Assembly: GCA_964016885.1 (NCBI GenBank)
Contig: OZ024744.1
Coordinates: forward strand, 118,854,001 to 118,918,000
Origin: Eledone cirrhosa
Taxonomy: Eukaryota
DNA length: 64,000 bases
Direction of reading: 5' to 3'
Position 1 is the stretch's first letter, and every line of letters starts with the position of its first letter. Under the pieces are notes generated by a model, which was not told the DNA's origin, searched no databases, and saw only the letters and a program-made list of their open reading frames with translations. Positions 23,260 through 35,350 of the stretch are shown here, in pieces. The translations under genes were made by a program, and so were the position numbers.

Positions 23260-26200
23260 TAGTGCTGGTGGCACAAATAAAATCACCCAGTCCATGCTGT
23301 AAAGTGGCGCTGGTGTTAGGAAGGGCATCCAACCAGTGTATCAATGCCAAAACTCTTATCAGCACAGCAACAAATAGGAACAACAACAAAATATGAAGAC
23401 GTTGCAACACTTAATGTTGGCACTCTCAGAGGTAGATCTGCTGAAATAGCGGAGATGCTGGAGAGAAGGCAGGTGGATGTGTGCTGCGTGCAAGAAGTGA
23501 GATGGAGAGGTGCCTCTGCGAGACTAGTCGTAGGCAAGTGTCTTAGCTATAAGCTATTCTGGGTAGGTAAGGATGATGGGTTAGGGGGAGTAGGCATTTT
23601 CTTGGCTGAGAAATGGACCAATAAGACAATAGAGGTAGTTCGAGTTAGTAATCGAATAATTAAGCTTAGATTAGTTGTAGGCAGGAGACTACTGACAATC
23701 ATCTCGGCCTATGCTCCCCAAGCAGGCCTAGGCAAAGATGAGAAAGACTGCTTTTACGAGCAACTTTTACAAACAACCGCAATGACAGAGGACGGAGACA
23801 TCGTTATGCTAGCAGGAGACTTCAATGGTCATGTTGGACGGCTCCAGGATGGTTACACTGGGGTACATGGTAGGCACGGTTACAGCTCAAGAAATGAAGA
23901 AGGAGTGAGACTTCTTGAATTTTGTGATGCAGGTACATTGACTATTTGCAACACAAACTTCCAGAAACCTGCCAATCACCTAATAACCTACAAATCTGGT
24001 GAGCACATAAGCCAGATTGACTTCTTACTAGTTAGGCAGCGGGACAGGCAGATAGTGTCTAATACTAAGGCATACCCTGGGGAAGAATGTACCCCACAGC
24101 ATAGGTTAGTCGTTAGTGATATCTCAGTAAGCAAGAGATGGAATGTGGAGAAGAAAGGTCTGGAACCTAAAAGACCTTTCACTAAAATACAAATTTAGGA
24201 AAGCCCTTCAAGATGTATATGACGAAAAAGAAGACGATTTAGAGACGTATGACAGATAATAACTGGAATTTCTTACGTGACAACTTGCTGCAGGCTACTT
24301 ATGAAACTTGTGGCTGGAGCAGAGCTCCAACCAGACAGAGAGTGACCTGGTGGTGGAACAGCACAGTAGATAAGGCCATTAGAGACAAAAGACTAGCATG
24401 GAAGGCTTGGAAAATGGGTGGGAGTAGGCAAGAATATACAGCCACTAAGAGAGAAGCTAGACGTCGGGTGTACTTAGCACGCAGGCAGGCGGAGAGTAGG
24501 AGGTTTGCCAATGTTCTGCGACGGGAAGATCAGAGGCGTGCGGTGTTCCACATTGCAAAGCAGTGTGTCAATGCAAATCAGGATGTTGTTGGAGATAAAT
24601 GTGTCCGGGATGATGCCGGTGTACTTAGTGTCACGAATGATCAGAAAAAGGAGGCCTGGAAATGTCATTATGAGAGACTGATGAATGTGGAGAACGAATG
24701 GGAGAGAGAGAAATTACCCTTAGTAGATCCGACAGAGACCAGCTATTGAGATTGACGAATATAGGGTCCAAGAGGCGATTAGGGAAATGAAAAATGGTAA
24801 GGCTGCTGGACCATCGGGAATAGTTGCTGAGATGCTGAAGGCATCAGGGGACGTAGGCACTAAACTGGTTGCACGCATCATCAATCAGGCTATATATGGT
24901 GGTGTCATACCCAAAGACTGGTGCAGCAGTATTCTCATAAATTGCTACACAGGTAAAGGGGATGCTCTGGAGAAGAGCAATTATAGGGGTATAAAACTGA
25001 TAGATCAGGTTATGAAAGTGGCAGAAAGGATATTAGCACAACTAATTAGAGAAGGGGTCAAACTAGATGAGATGCAGTTTGGTTTTGTGCCTGGGAAGAG
25101 TACAACAGATGCCCTCTTCTTGGTGAGACAATTGCAAGAGAGGTTCTTAGAGAAAAATAAACCACTATACTTAGCCTTTGTTGACCTAGAGAAGGCCTTT
25201 GATAGGGTACCCCGATCTGTCATCTGGGGGTCCCTAAGGAAGCTAGGTGTTGAGGAATGGCTTGTGAGGACAGTGCAAACTTTGTACAGAGGTACTCTCA
25301 GTAAAGTTAGGGTAGGAATGGAGTTTAGTGAGGAATTCCAGATACAAGTAGGAGTACATCAAGGTTCGGTCCTCAGCCCGCTCTTGTTCATTATAGTCCT
25401 CGAAGCCATAACAGAGGAGTTTAAGACTAGCTGTCCATGGGAACTTCTCTATGCTGACGATCTGGTTCTTATAGCAGAATCAGTAGAGGAGCTAGAGAAT
25501 AAATTCTGGCTATGGAAACAGCAGTTGGAAACAAGAGGACTGAGAGTGAACCTAGCTAAGACAAAAGTGTTGATGAGTAGAAAAGAGAACAAAACTCTGA
25601 TTCCGTCAGGGAAATGGCCATGTTCGATATGCAGAAAAGGAACTGGCATAAATTCTATAAAATGCACACAATGCAGATCCTGGGTACACAAGAGATGTAG
25701 CAGGATAGCAGGCAAACTAACAGGTAGGGAGAAATATGTATGCAGTAGATGTACAGGGAAATTAGACAGTAGAAGTCGCATTGATAGACACATTTTTCAA
25801 ATGCAGGAGGGCGCTATAGAAGTGGTGGATAGCTTCCGGTACCTAGGAGATCAGATTAGCATGGGAGGAGGGTGTTTCGAGGCCATAGTATCTAGAATAA
25901 GGATGGGTTGGAAGAAGTTTAGGGAGCTGCTTACTCTGTTGACAAAGAAGGGTTTCTCCCTGCGTACGAAAGGCCGGTTGTATGATGCCTGTGTGAGGAG
26001 CGCGATTCTGCATGGTAGTGAGACATGGGCAGCAACTGCAGAGGATATGCGACGGCTGGAGAGAAATGAGGCAAGCATGCCCCCGTTGGATGTGCAGTGT
26101 AAATGTGCGTGAACGACCCAGCATAAATGTGTTGAGAGAGAAACTGTGTCTGAGAGGGATAGAATGTAGTGTACGGGAGAGGAGACTGAGGTGGTATGGA

Positions 26201-26449
26201 CATGTGATGCACATGGAGGATGACCGATGGGTGAAGAAGTGCCAGGAAATGCCAGTTGAAGGAAGACGTGGTAGAGGTAGACCACGGAAAACATGGGCGG
26301 AGGTGGTGAGAACAGACCTCAGATCATTGAAGCTCACGGTGGAGATGACGAAGAACCGTGACGAGTGGAGAAATGCTGTGCTGAATAAGACTCGTCCCAC
26401 CCTTGCAAGCAGGGAAAAGCGGACGTAAAATGATGATGATGATGATGAT
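23260..26449 (+). mobile_element. Near full-length RTE LINE (family A): APE-RT-PHD, broken by about four frameshifts
   Basis: ORFs 23344..24198 (APE: LNVGT, QE, YAPQ, GDFN, QID, QHRL), 24249..24749, 24787..26112 (RT and PHD), 26012..26428; (GAT)n tail directly after the stop. Confidence 0.95.
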
Positions 26450-26999
26450 AACCCTATCAGTGAAGCCCTTTAGTATAGGTCAACTAACAGAAAATTGTAT
26501 TACAGTTACAAAAAAAATTCTAAATAAGCCTACAAGGTAAAAATGGTCATCACGGGCTACTCTGACTGATCTGGTGGGCCGGATTGTGGCTTGCGGGCCG
26601 CCTGTTGCACACCCCTGCTGTAGAGCATATGTATTTTATTTATACCTTGTTAAAGAGCTCCAGGCTTGGCTGTATGGTAAAGCTTGCTCCACATTGGTCA
26701 TGTGGTTTTCAGTTCAATTCTGTTACATGACACTATAGCTTTGGCTTCACTAATACCTTATGGTGGGAATATGGTACACAGAGACAAAGAATGTCTGTGA
26801 GTGGATCTTAACAACAACTTAGAGTAAAGTGAAAATAACAATGTGGGTCAAATTATCTCCCCTGTTCAGTGTTATTCTGCAATAAGTTACACACTCACCT
26901 GACAGACTCACACACCTGTCAACAGGAGCTAGCAGAGAAAGGAGTACTAGGTACTGGTGGTAAGGGATAACATGCTAGAGGACCTAGTACGGAACGGAG

Positions 27000-27180
27000 T
27001 ACTCCATCTGGTGAGTGCTCTATCTGGTGAGAGTTTTCTCTTGTAAGAGCTTTATCTTGTAAGAGCTCCATCTGGTGAGACCTCCATCTTGTCAGATCTC
27101 CATCTGGTGAGACCACCATCTTGTCAGATCTCCATCTGGTGAGACCACCATCTTGTCAGATCTCCATGTGGTGAGAGCTG
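27000..27180. repeat. Short tandem repeat of ctccatctggtgaga/ccatcttgtcagat
   Basis: Visible 15-32-bp units. Confidence 0.75.
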
Positions 27181-27567
27181 CACTGATTTCATGTATTAAT
27201 ATTTACATCTACTCTCAGGTCTTGAATAAAAAACATTATATATGACAAAAAAAGAACATAAGAAATCCCATATTTACAAACATACCCTATATAATTACAG
27301 ATTTCCCATCAACCCTGTTTACCCCCCCCCCCCTGGCTGTAACAATTTAAGCAAATGTCCCCCCACCCCATCCCCTCGTATTTGGGACCTGAGGATATAT
27401 ATCAACTGGTTTCATCTTGTTTTCTTATTCCTGGATGTTACTGCCTTTAGTTTAGAAATAAAGGCTCCAACTTCCAGTCCACTGTAGTACCTCGTGTAAC
27501 ACCCAGCAATAATACATCCAATAACAAGAGAAGATCAAACTAATCGATATGTAATATTTTTTAAAGC

Positions 27568-27698
27568 TGAAGGTAATCTTTATCACGCTGTAGGTGTCAC
27601 CAATACAGTAAAGATGAAGGTAACCTTTATCACGCTGTAGGTGTCACCAATACAGTAAAGATGAAGGTAATCTTCATCACGCTCTAGGTGTCACCAAT
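27568..27698. repeat. 47-bp tandem triplication
   Basis: tgaaggtaatctttatcacgctgtaggtgtcaccaatacagtaaaga x ~3. Confidence 0.8.
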
Positions 27699-27855
27699 AA
27701 AATTATCTCCCCTCAATACATAATGCAGTGTCAAAGGGAAGCAATTCATTAAAAAATTCATTGTGTTAAAGGTTAAAGTTTTTAAAACAAAAACAAATGA
27801 TGTGATTAACAATAAACTTATCTCAGACATTTAAATTTTGAAACATATTTTACAG

Positions 27856-28057
27856 AATACATTCCATGGACCACTGAAAATGTTTGGTAAAGTTTTGTAC
27901 AAACAAATGCAAGAAGGGCATGTTGAAAAAGATCTTATAACAAAGGAACAATTTGTTAAAGCTGGAAAAGAAATATTAAACTTACATGATGTAAATGACC
28001 AAAAGAAATACTATTTTCTCTTGTTTTCTTTAGAAAAACATACATTAACTAAAGATG
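27856..28057 (+). CDS. TLDc-domain protein, coding exon 3: NTFHGPLKMFGKVLYKQMQEGHVEKDLITKEQFVKAGKEILNLHDVNDQKKYYFLLFSLEKHTLTKD
   Basis: Acceptor ttttacag|AAT, donor GATG|GTAGG (phase 1); inside ORF 27838..28128; non-repetitive, EF-hand-like segment ITKEQFV. Confidence 0.85.
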
Positions 28058-28062
28058 GTAGG

Positions 28063-28098
<36 letters not shown>

Positions 28099-28100
<2 letters not shown>

Positions 28101-30304
28101 AGTTGCATCTTGCTTTATGTTCATATGAGTTATCACCAAGTCACAACCAGTGACCTCAAGTGACAACAAGGTCTGCCATGTTCAAGAAAGAACATACATA
28201 CACACACATGCATCTTTAGGTGTTTAGACTTGTGATGTACTTATATTGACAGAATCTTCCTTAGTATATGGGCAGTTCCCTTTAGTACTATCTTTTGTAT
28301 TTCTCCTATACGCGGGTTTCCTGGGATTTGCGATAAGTAATCATTAGACCCCTTAGGTATCATTCCCAGAGCGCCTACAACCACTGGTATTGTTTTAGTT
28401 CTCAATTTCCACATTTTTCCAATTTCTATCTCCAGGTCCTTATACTTGCTCAATTTTTCAAATGTTTTTATAGATACATTCTTGTCTATTGGAACGGACA
28501 TATCAATTAGCAAGCATACCCTCTTTTTGAAGTCCTTCAATATTATATCAGGTGTATTTGCATCTATTTTTCGGTCTGTTTGGATGCTAAAGTTCCACAA
28601 GATTGAGATGTGATCTTTTTCAAGTATGGGAGGTGGTTGATGCTCCCACCAATTCTTTTGATGGGGCAGGTCAAAATGCTTACACATTATCCAATGTATG
28701 TATTGTGCAGCTCTGTCATGCCTGTTTTGGTATTCGGTTGGAGCTATAGGACTGCACATTGAAATTATATGATCAATGGTCTCTGGTTGTTTTTTACATA
28801 CACGGCATAATGGGTTGCATCCATTTTTTATTATGTTGGCAGACACTGATCTTGTGCTGATATAATCAGTCCTTCAGTCTCCGATTTCAGTCTAGAGGAT
28901 GCCAACCACTGATGGGTTAAAGTTTTGTCAACATCAGGATTGTTAGCTCTTTCTGGGTATTTTCCATACAGAGGCTTTTCTTGCCATTTCTTAGCCAGTT
29001 TCTGTAGCAGTTCTTTCTTTGCAGTTACTTTTACCTGCTTTGCTTTTTCTGTGTTTTTCATTTCAGCAGTAAATGGAACTTCTGAAATTTGTAGTCCATT
29101 ACTGTATCTTTGTGCATCTTTTGTAATGGAGTATGATCTTTTGATGCTTTCGTGTTTCAAAACGAGTTTGATCATCCAATCATGTGATTCCCTTAGATAT
29201 GTAGATAATCCAATTGTTGCAGTTTTCAACGCAATATCTAACTGGATTAAACCACGTCCTCCTTCTTTCCTAGGGAGATATATTCTATCTATATTTGCCT
29301 TAGGGTGATGCATTCTGTGCATGGTTAAGAATTTTGTAATTTTTGTATTGAGCCTACGGATCTCTGTGCTTGACCAGTTGATGACATTGTAACTAGGTTA
29401 CTACTGGTATGGCAAGCGTGATTATGGCATTGATCCTATTCCTTACATTCAATTCCGTTCTTAAGATTGCTCTTACTCTGCGGCAACATTCCTTCCTTAT
29501 CCTCTCCCTCATTTTCGAAGTGCTTGATTCCGTCTCCTTCACAAACACCTAGATATTTGTAAGTTTCCTCTTGATCAAGTTCTCTTATCACATTCTCCCG
29601 ATCAAGATTAATGTCTGAACTTTAACAGCAGCTTTCCTCTGGTGAACGTTGCTTTGGCGCATTTATCTAGTCCAAACTCCATTTTAATGTCATCACTGAA
29701 CTGCTTCACAGTGGATAATAGTCCTTGCAATTGTTCATCATTTTTTGCAAATAGTTTCAGGTCATCCATGTAGAATAAGTGATTAATGGTTTTGTCATAG
29801 ACTTTATATCCATGTTTTGTTTCATTGAGCATTTTACTTAATGGTATAAGTGCGATACAGAATAAAAGCAGTGATAAAGAGTCACCCTGAAAAATTCCAC
29901 AATTAATATTAACTTCTCCAGCTTCCAGTGATTCTTTTTCACTATTCAAAAGGAGTGTCGTTTTCCATGTCTTCATACTGAATGACAAAAACCTCCTGAC
30001 AACGGGAGATATTTTGAAAATCTCTAAACATTTTTCAAACCAACTGTGTGGCAAACTATCAAATGCTTTTTTATAATCTATCCAAGCAATCGATAGATTT
30101 TTGTGTCTATTATGACAATCTTCCAGTATCATTTTGTTAACCAGAAGCTGATCCTTACAGCCATATGAGCCTCGTTTACACCCTTTCTGCTCATTGGGAA
30201 ATAGGTCATTTGTTATCAGGTGGTCATATGTATATTCAGTTAGGACTGATGTTAACATTTTATACATTGTGGTCAAGCAAGTTATCGGTCTGCAATTTTT
30301 GGGA

Positions 30305-30305
<1 letters not shown>
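28099..30305 (-). mobile_element. Dong/R4-clade LINE, 5'-truncated, in (TAA)n
   Basis: RT (EQKGC, WIDYKKAFDS, GIFQGDSLS, YMDDLKL), CCHC CRVC..ETIDHIISMC, RHD, restriction-like endonuclease PDII...ID...KY; (TTA)n at 28063-28098 and 30306-30340. Confidence 0.92.
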
Positions 30306-30338
<33 letters not shown>

Positions 30339-30374
30339 GATTAATTCATCATCATCATCATTATTATTATCATT

Positions 30375-30780
30375 AGAGCAGAGGATTGGCAGCCTCGGTA
30401 GAGCATTGGACAACATGCAGCATAGTTATGGCCCTTTACATTCTGAGTTCAAGGTTAGCTTTACCTTCATTCTTACTGTGGCGATAAAATAAAATACCAG
30501 TAACACACTGGGGTTGATTTAATTGACTTAACCCTTTAGCATTTACATAACTCTATATATACTATTATATTTTCATGGTAAAGGCTTTACCTCGCATAAT
30601 TATCTCACATAATATCGACTCTGTGAGATTTTGAAAGTATATATTTTGAGAACAATACCTTAACATCAGTTTGAGCAACCAGTTACAGCCAGTTTCACAG
30701 AAAAAGGTAGAGAATTCTGGCCGGTTTGAACATTAAAGGGTTAACTCCCACCCCATACCTAAATAATAAACCATTATTGT
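30375..30780 (+). mobile_element. tRNA-derived MetaSINE split by a piggyBac MITE
   Basis: A box tggcagcctcgg, B box gagttcaa, Meta-domain-like cgataaaataaaataccagt. Confidence 0.7.
30532..30740. mobile_element. piggyBac MITE (209 bp)
   Basis: TTAA TSD, CCCTTTA/TAAAGGG TIRs, similar to 9253-9452. Confidence 0.9.
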
Positions 30781-30789
30781 TAGTCTTAT

Positions 30790-31830
30790 TTTTGTGTGCT
30801 ATCGCTGCATTACCGAGCACAGCTCTGTGTACCTTGGCGATGTGCAGTCTGGTTTTTAGTGTTGTTTCTATTGTACTGAGAGTACTCTATATATGTGTGC
30901 AGTGCCTAGTAGTGCTATTTTCTGTATATATTTGTAAGTCCTGGGCTTTTGGTTATGTATCTATCTGTATAGTTTTAAAACCATTCCCAGACCACCTATT
31001 ATTATTATAGGGGTTGTTTCTGTCTTCATCATCCACATTTGGGTTATTTCTACTTCTTGATCTTTATATTTGGCTAATTTCCCCATTTTCTAGGTAGATA
31101 TTGTTATCTGTTTGAGTAGATATCTCCATATCACTTCATTTCTCTTTGTATTCCAATTTTCATCACATTTGCCTTCTTCACTTCCAACATCAATGGTTCA
31201 GTCATTCTTTATATAGCAGGCTACGTTATACTCTTCTGCTCTCACACATCCTTCACAACAGATGAGTCCTCTCCCTTCTCTCTTTCATCACAATTATAAT
31301 CTGTCAGCATCTCTCCTTTGATGGAAGGTTCTGTTCATTGTGAGTAACTTCCTCGTTTTTCTATCCAGGAGTTGTAACTCATCTCCTGTCCACGCAACCA
31401 CCCCAACACCATACCTTAGCAAAGATACTGCCCAAGTGTTAAGCACTTCATATTTATCTCTGCCATTTAACTTTTAGAATCAATCTCACTCTCCTAAAGT
31501 GTTTTTCTGCCAACCTCTCATTTCCTGCTCCAACAAGTTATCCTTTTCCCCAGTTGTCAGATATTTGTAGCCATTACCATCTATTATCTTCACAACCTCT
31601 CCTCATTGTATTGCTCTCCACACATTTCACTGTGTCCCACTTCACAATAACTACACCACACACCACATTTCTCTAACACAAATTCCATTGAGATGTCCAC
31701 TCTAAGACGATGCAGTGTGTCCATAAGGGGACTAATTTGGGGTTTGTCTTTTTCCATATAATTTCAGATCATCCATGAATAATAAATAATTGACCCTTTG
31801 CTGTTGTCCACTAAACTCATACCCTGCTTT
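30790..31830 (-). mobile_element. Old Dong/R4-like LINE fragment
   Basis: Minus strand VNYLLFMDDLKLYGK and GYKYL motifs, heavily degraded. Confidence 0.6.
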
Positions 31831-31897
31831 AGTTCTTCTCTAGATTATCAAGGTCACCATGCACAGTACAAACCTTGTTCTTGCCATTATTATTATT

Positions 31898-32410
31898 ATG
31901 GTGGATTGGCAGTATCAGTAGACTGTCATGTAACATGCGATGTGGCATAGAGTTACGTCCCTTTGCAGTCTGAGTTAAAATTCCACTCAGGTTAACTTTG
32001 CCTTTCATCCTTACGGGGGTTGATAAAATAAAGTACCAGTTAAACACTGGGGTTGATTTAATCAACTTTCCACTCCTCCAAAATTGTTGGCCTTGTGCCT
32101 AAATCAGAAACCATTATTAATGGCAGTGGATTGGCAGTATTTGGTAGAACAGCAGACACCATGCTTCACAGCATAGAGTTATGGCCCTTTATATTCAGAG
32201 TCCCTACCCCACCAAGGTTAGCTTTGCCTTTCATCCTTACAGGGTCGATAAAATAAAGTACCAGTAATACACTGGGGTCAATTTAATTGACTTTCCACTC
32301 CCACAAAGTTGTTTGCCTTGTACCTAAATCAGAAACCATTATTAATATTGGCAGTATCGCTAGAGGGTCGGACGCCATGCTTTCCAGCATAGTTACGTCC
32401 CTTTACAGGA
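31898..32410 (+). mobile_element. Head-to-tail MetaSINE cluster (two full copies, one partial)
   Basis: ggattggcagtatc..., ctttgcctttcatccttac.gggtcgataaaataaagtaccagt, tail cctaaatcagaaaccattatta. Confidence 0.85.
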
Positions 32411-32453
32411 CATGTATGTATGTGTGTGCTTGTATCTGTGGCTGTGTCTATGC

Positions 32454-32489
<36 letters not shown>

Positions 32490-32491
<2 letters not shown>

Positions 32492-32670
32492 GTTTCTACT
32501 TTTGGCACAAGGCCAGCAATTACCCGGTACATTACTGGTACTATATTTTATTGACCCCGTAAGGATGAAAGGCAAAGTTAACCTCGGCAGGATTTGAACT
32601 CAGAATGGCAAGGGCCGTAACTCTATGCATCAAAGCATGGCGTCCAATCCTCTACCGATACTGCCAATCC
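32490..32670 (-). mobile_element. MetaSINE, minus strand
   Basis: Reverse complement of the same SINE with B box GAGTTCAAATCC. Confidence 0.85.
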
Positions 32671-32817
32671 AAATACATTGTTACTTGCGTCCTCTCACCA
32701 AAATAGCATCAGTTATTTCTTGTGAAAAAATTCATCATAACAAACCCTCACTCCACAGGCCCCTGGTTAAAACCAAGTAAATGTACAGGTATCCAAGGGA
32801 ATAATCATGATAATGTT

Positions 32818-33300
32818 CATCATCATCATTTAACAGTCACTTTCCCTGCTAGGAAGGGTTAGACAGGTCTACATAGACCAAATCAGTACTGAAGTAGTGG
32901 CTACTGATCTCCCAGACAAACCAGGGATCTGTCATATCACCTATATTCCCAGCAGGGGTTAGACAGGTCTACATAGACCAAATCAGTACTGAAGTGGGGT
33001 ACTGAACTCCCAGACAAACCAGGGATCTGTCATATCACCTATATTCCCAACAGGGGTTAGACAGGTCTACATAGACCAAATCAGTACTGAAGTGGGGTAC
33101 TGATCTCCCAGACAAACCAGGGATCTGTTGTCTCACTTATGTACAGTTTCATGTTCTACCAAGTGCACAGAAAAGGTTGTCATGTCTTTGACACAACTGA
33201 AGGGTTCTCCCAACCCCTTTTTTTAGCAAGCTTCCTATTACTCACCCCTTTACAGAGTGTACTGGGTGTGTTTATAGGGAGGTTGTCATGTCCTTGACAC
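32818..33300 (-). mobile_element. RTE-tailed SINE-like element with ~100-bp internal triplication
   Basis: Starts with the reverse complement of an RTE-type tail; three copies of ggttagacaggtctacatagacc...cagggatctgt. Confidence 0.6.
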
Positions 33301-33381
33301 AACTAGTAATAATGTGTATTGTGTAAAGTGATTAAGTGATACTATTAAGTCACATTGCATGTTTTGTATCTGTTATTGTAG

Positions 33382-33494
33382 ATAGCCGAGACCTCGTTGT
33401 TATTTGTTATGCTCTTGCTCTATCTCTGTCTTCAATACCATATACACCTTTTGAAAACAATGACGGGTCTCTTGACGCCATAGTGGACAGTATG
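33382..33494 (+). CDS. TLDc-domain protein, coding exon 4: (D)SRDLVVICYALALSLSSIPYTPFENNDGSLDAIVDSM
   Basis: Acceptor ttattgtag|AT completes the phase-1 codon G+AT; 113 nt open; donor ATG|GTGAGT (phase 0). Confidence 0.85.
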
Positions 33495-33719
33495 GTGAGT
33501 ATTATAACCATTTAAACTCTTCACTTAAAATGCTATAAGATTTATGCTGTTTGATTTTGTTTATTTCAAATATCTTCATTTGTTGTGTGATAGAATATAT
33601 AAACCAAAATTGCTGTTTTCATCATATCCTGGCAGATGTAACAGCAAATAATATAAGGTCTGTTGTTGGTACCAGTGAATTCAAAGGTATAGTCTTTAGT
33701 GGTGTATCATTACTATAAT

Positions 33720-33812
33720 AATTGTTTCTACTTTTGGCACAATGCCAGCAATTTCCCAGTGCATTACTGGTATTTTGTTTTATCGACCCTGTAAGGATGA
33801 AAGGCAAAGTTA
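33720..33812 (-). mobile_element. MetaSINE 3' fragment
   Basis: actggtattttgttttatcgaccctgtaaggatgaaaggcaaag. Confidence 0.8.
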
Positions 33813-34034
33813 ATAATGTTAGTTATAACTTCAGTTAAATGGAAGCCATGAAAAGATGATATTGTCAGTAATGTGGAATACGTGACTGTGAAAATAGACT
33901 AAACTAATGTAATAGTTTACAATGGTGTAAGTACAACTTGTTAGCTACTATAGTGGGAACAGTTCAGCAAAACAGATGGGAGAGGTTGTCCAACTGTTTG
34001 TAACAGCCATTATTCATTAAATCTGAAACAAGAT

Positions 34035-35350
34035 TGTTAATGTTGACATTGGCATAGTATTATCATTGTTGACATTGACACAGTACTGTAGCTGTTGACA
34101 TTGACACAGTGCTATCATTGGTGACATTGACGCAACACTGCCGCTGTTGACATTGGCACAGTACTGTAGTTGTTGACATTGACACAGTGCTATTGATGTT
34201 GACATTGACACAGTACTGTTGTTGCTGACATTGGCACAGCACTATTGTTGTTGACATTGACACAGTGCTATTGATGTTGACATTGACACAGTACTGTCGT
34301 TGTTGACATTGACACAGTGCTGTTGCTGTTGACATTGACACAGTGCTGCCTTTGTTGACATTGACACAGTACTGTTGTTGACATTGGCACAGTACTGCCT
34401 CTGTTGACATTGACACAGTACTGTTGTTGTTGATATTGACACAGAACTGCCGAAGTTGACATTGACACAGTAATGTCGTTGTTGACATTGGCACAGCAAT
34501 GTCGTTGTTGACATTGACACAGTAATGTCGTTGTTGACATTGACACAGCACTGTTGTTGTTGACATTGACACAATGCTGATGCTGTTGGCATTGACACAG
34601 TACTGTCAGTTATTGGCACACTGGTGTTACTGTTGACATTGGCACAGTACTGCCGTTGTGAGCATTGACACAATACTGTCATTACTGACATTGACTCAGT
34701 GCTGCCATTGACACATCGCTATCGTTGTTTACATTGACACAGTAGTCATTGTTGATATTGGTAGTACTGTCACTGTTGGCTTTGACACAGTAGTCATTGT
34801 TGATATTGGTAGTACTGTCATTGTTGACATTGACCGTACTGTTGTTGTTGACATTGACACAGCACTGTAACTGTTGGCTTTGACACAGCACTGTCATTGC
34901 TGACATTGACACAGCCCTGCCATTGTTGACATTGACACTACTGTAATTGTTGAGATTGACAGTACTTTCATTGCTGACATTGACACAGTAGCCATTGTTG
35001 ACATTGGCGCAGTATTGGCGTTGTTGATATTGGCACAGTACTATCATTGTTGATATTGGCAGTACTGTCATTGTTGACATGGACACAGTACTGTCATTGC
35101 CATTGACACAGCACTGTCATTGTTGACATGGACACAGTACTGTCATTGCCATTGACACAGCACTGTCATTGTTGACATGGACACAGTACTGTCATTGCCA
35201 TTGACACAGCACTGTCATTGTTGACATGGACACAGTACTGCCATTGACACAACACTGTCATTGTTGACATTGACACAGTGCTGTCGTCGTTGACATTGAC
35301 ACAGTACTGGCATTGTTGATATTGACATAAGACTATCGCTGTTGACATTG
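34035..35350. repeat. ~25-bp minisatellite
   Basis: Unit gttgacattgacacagtactgtcgt, diverged. Confidence 0.9.

Larger units (their letters stand above)
21092..26617. mobile_element. hAT (Charlie-like) MITE inflated by a minisatellite and two LINE insertions
   Basis: TIRs CAGGGGTGAGCAAC ... GTTGCACACCCCTG; 8-bp flanks ctgtagta / ctgtagag (6/8 match); subterminal gggccg motifs. Confidence 0.75.

Noticed and set aside
26926-26960. Possible small exon ELAEKGVLGTG
   Set aside because: Weak acceptor and phase-1 donors incompatible with phase-0 exon 3
27827-27855. Alternative acceptor tctcag at 27826 for exon 3
   Set aside because: Out of phase with exon 2, and the exon 3 frame has a TAA at 27832; the tacag at 27855 fits
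31898-32000. tRNA gene suggested by A and B boxes
   Set aside because: No cloverleaf; it is the head of a multi-copy SINE
34017-35348. Cys/Gln-rich repeat ORFs
   Set aside because: 25-bp minisatellite translation cycling through frames
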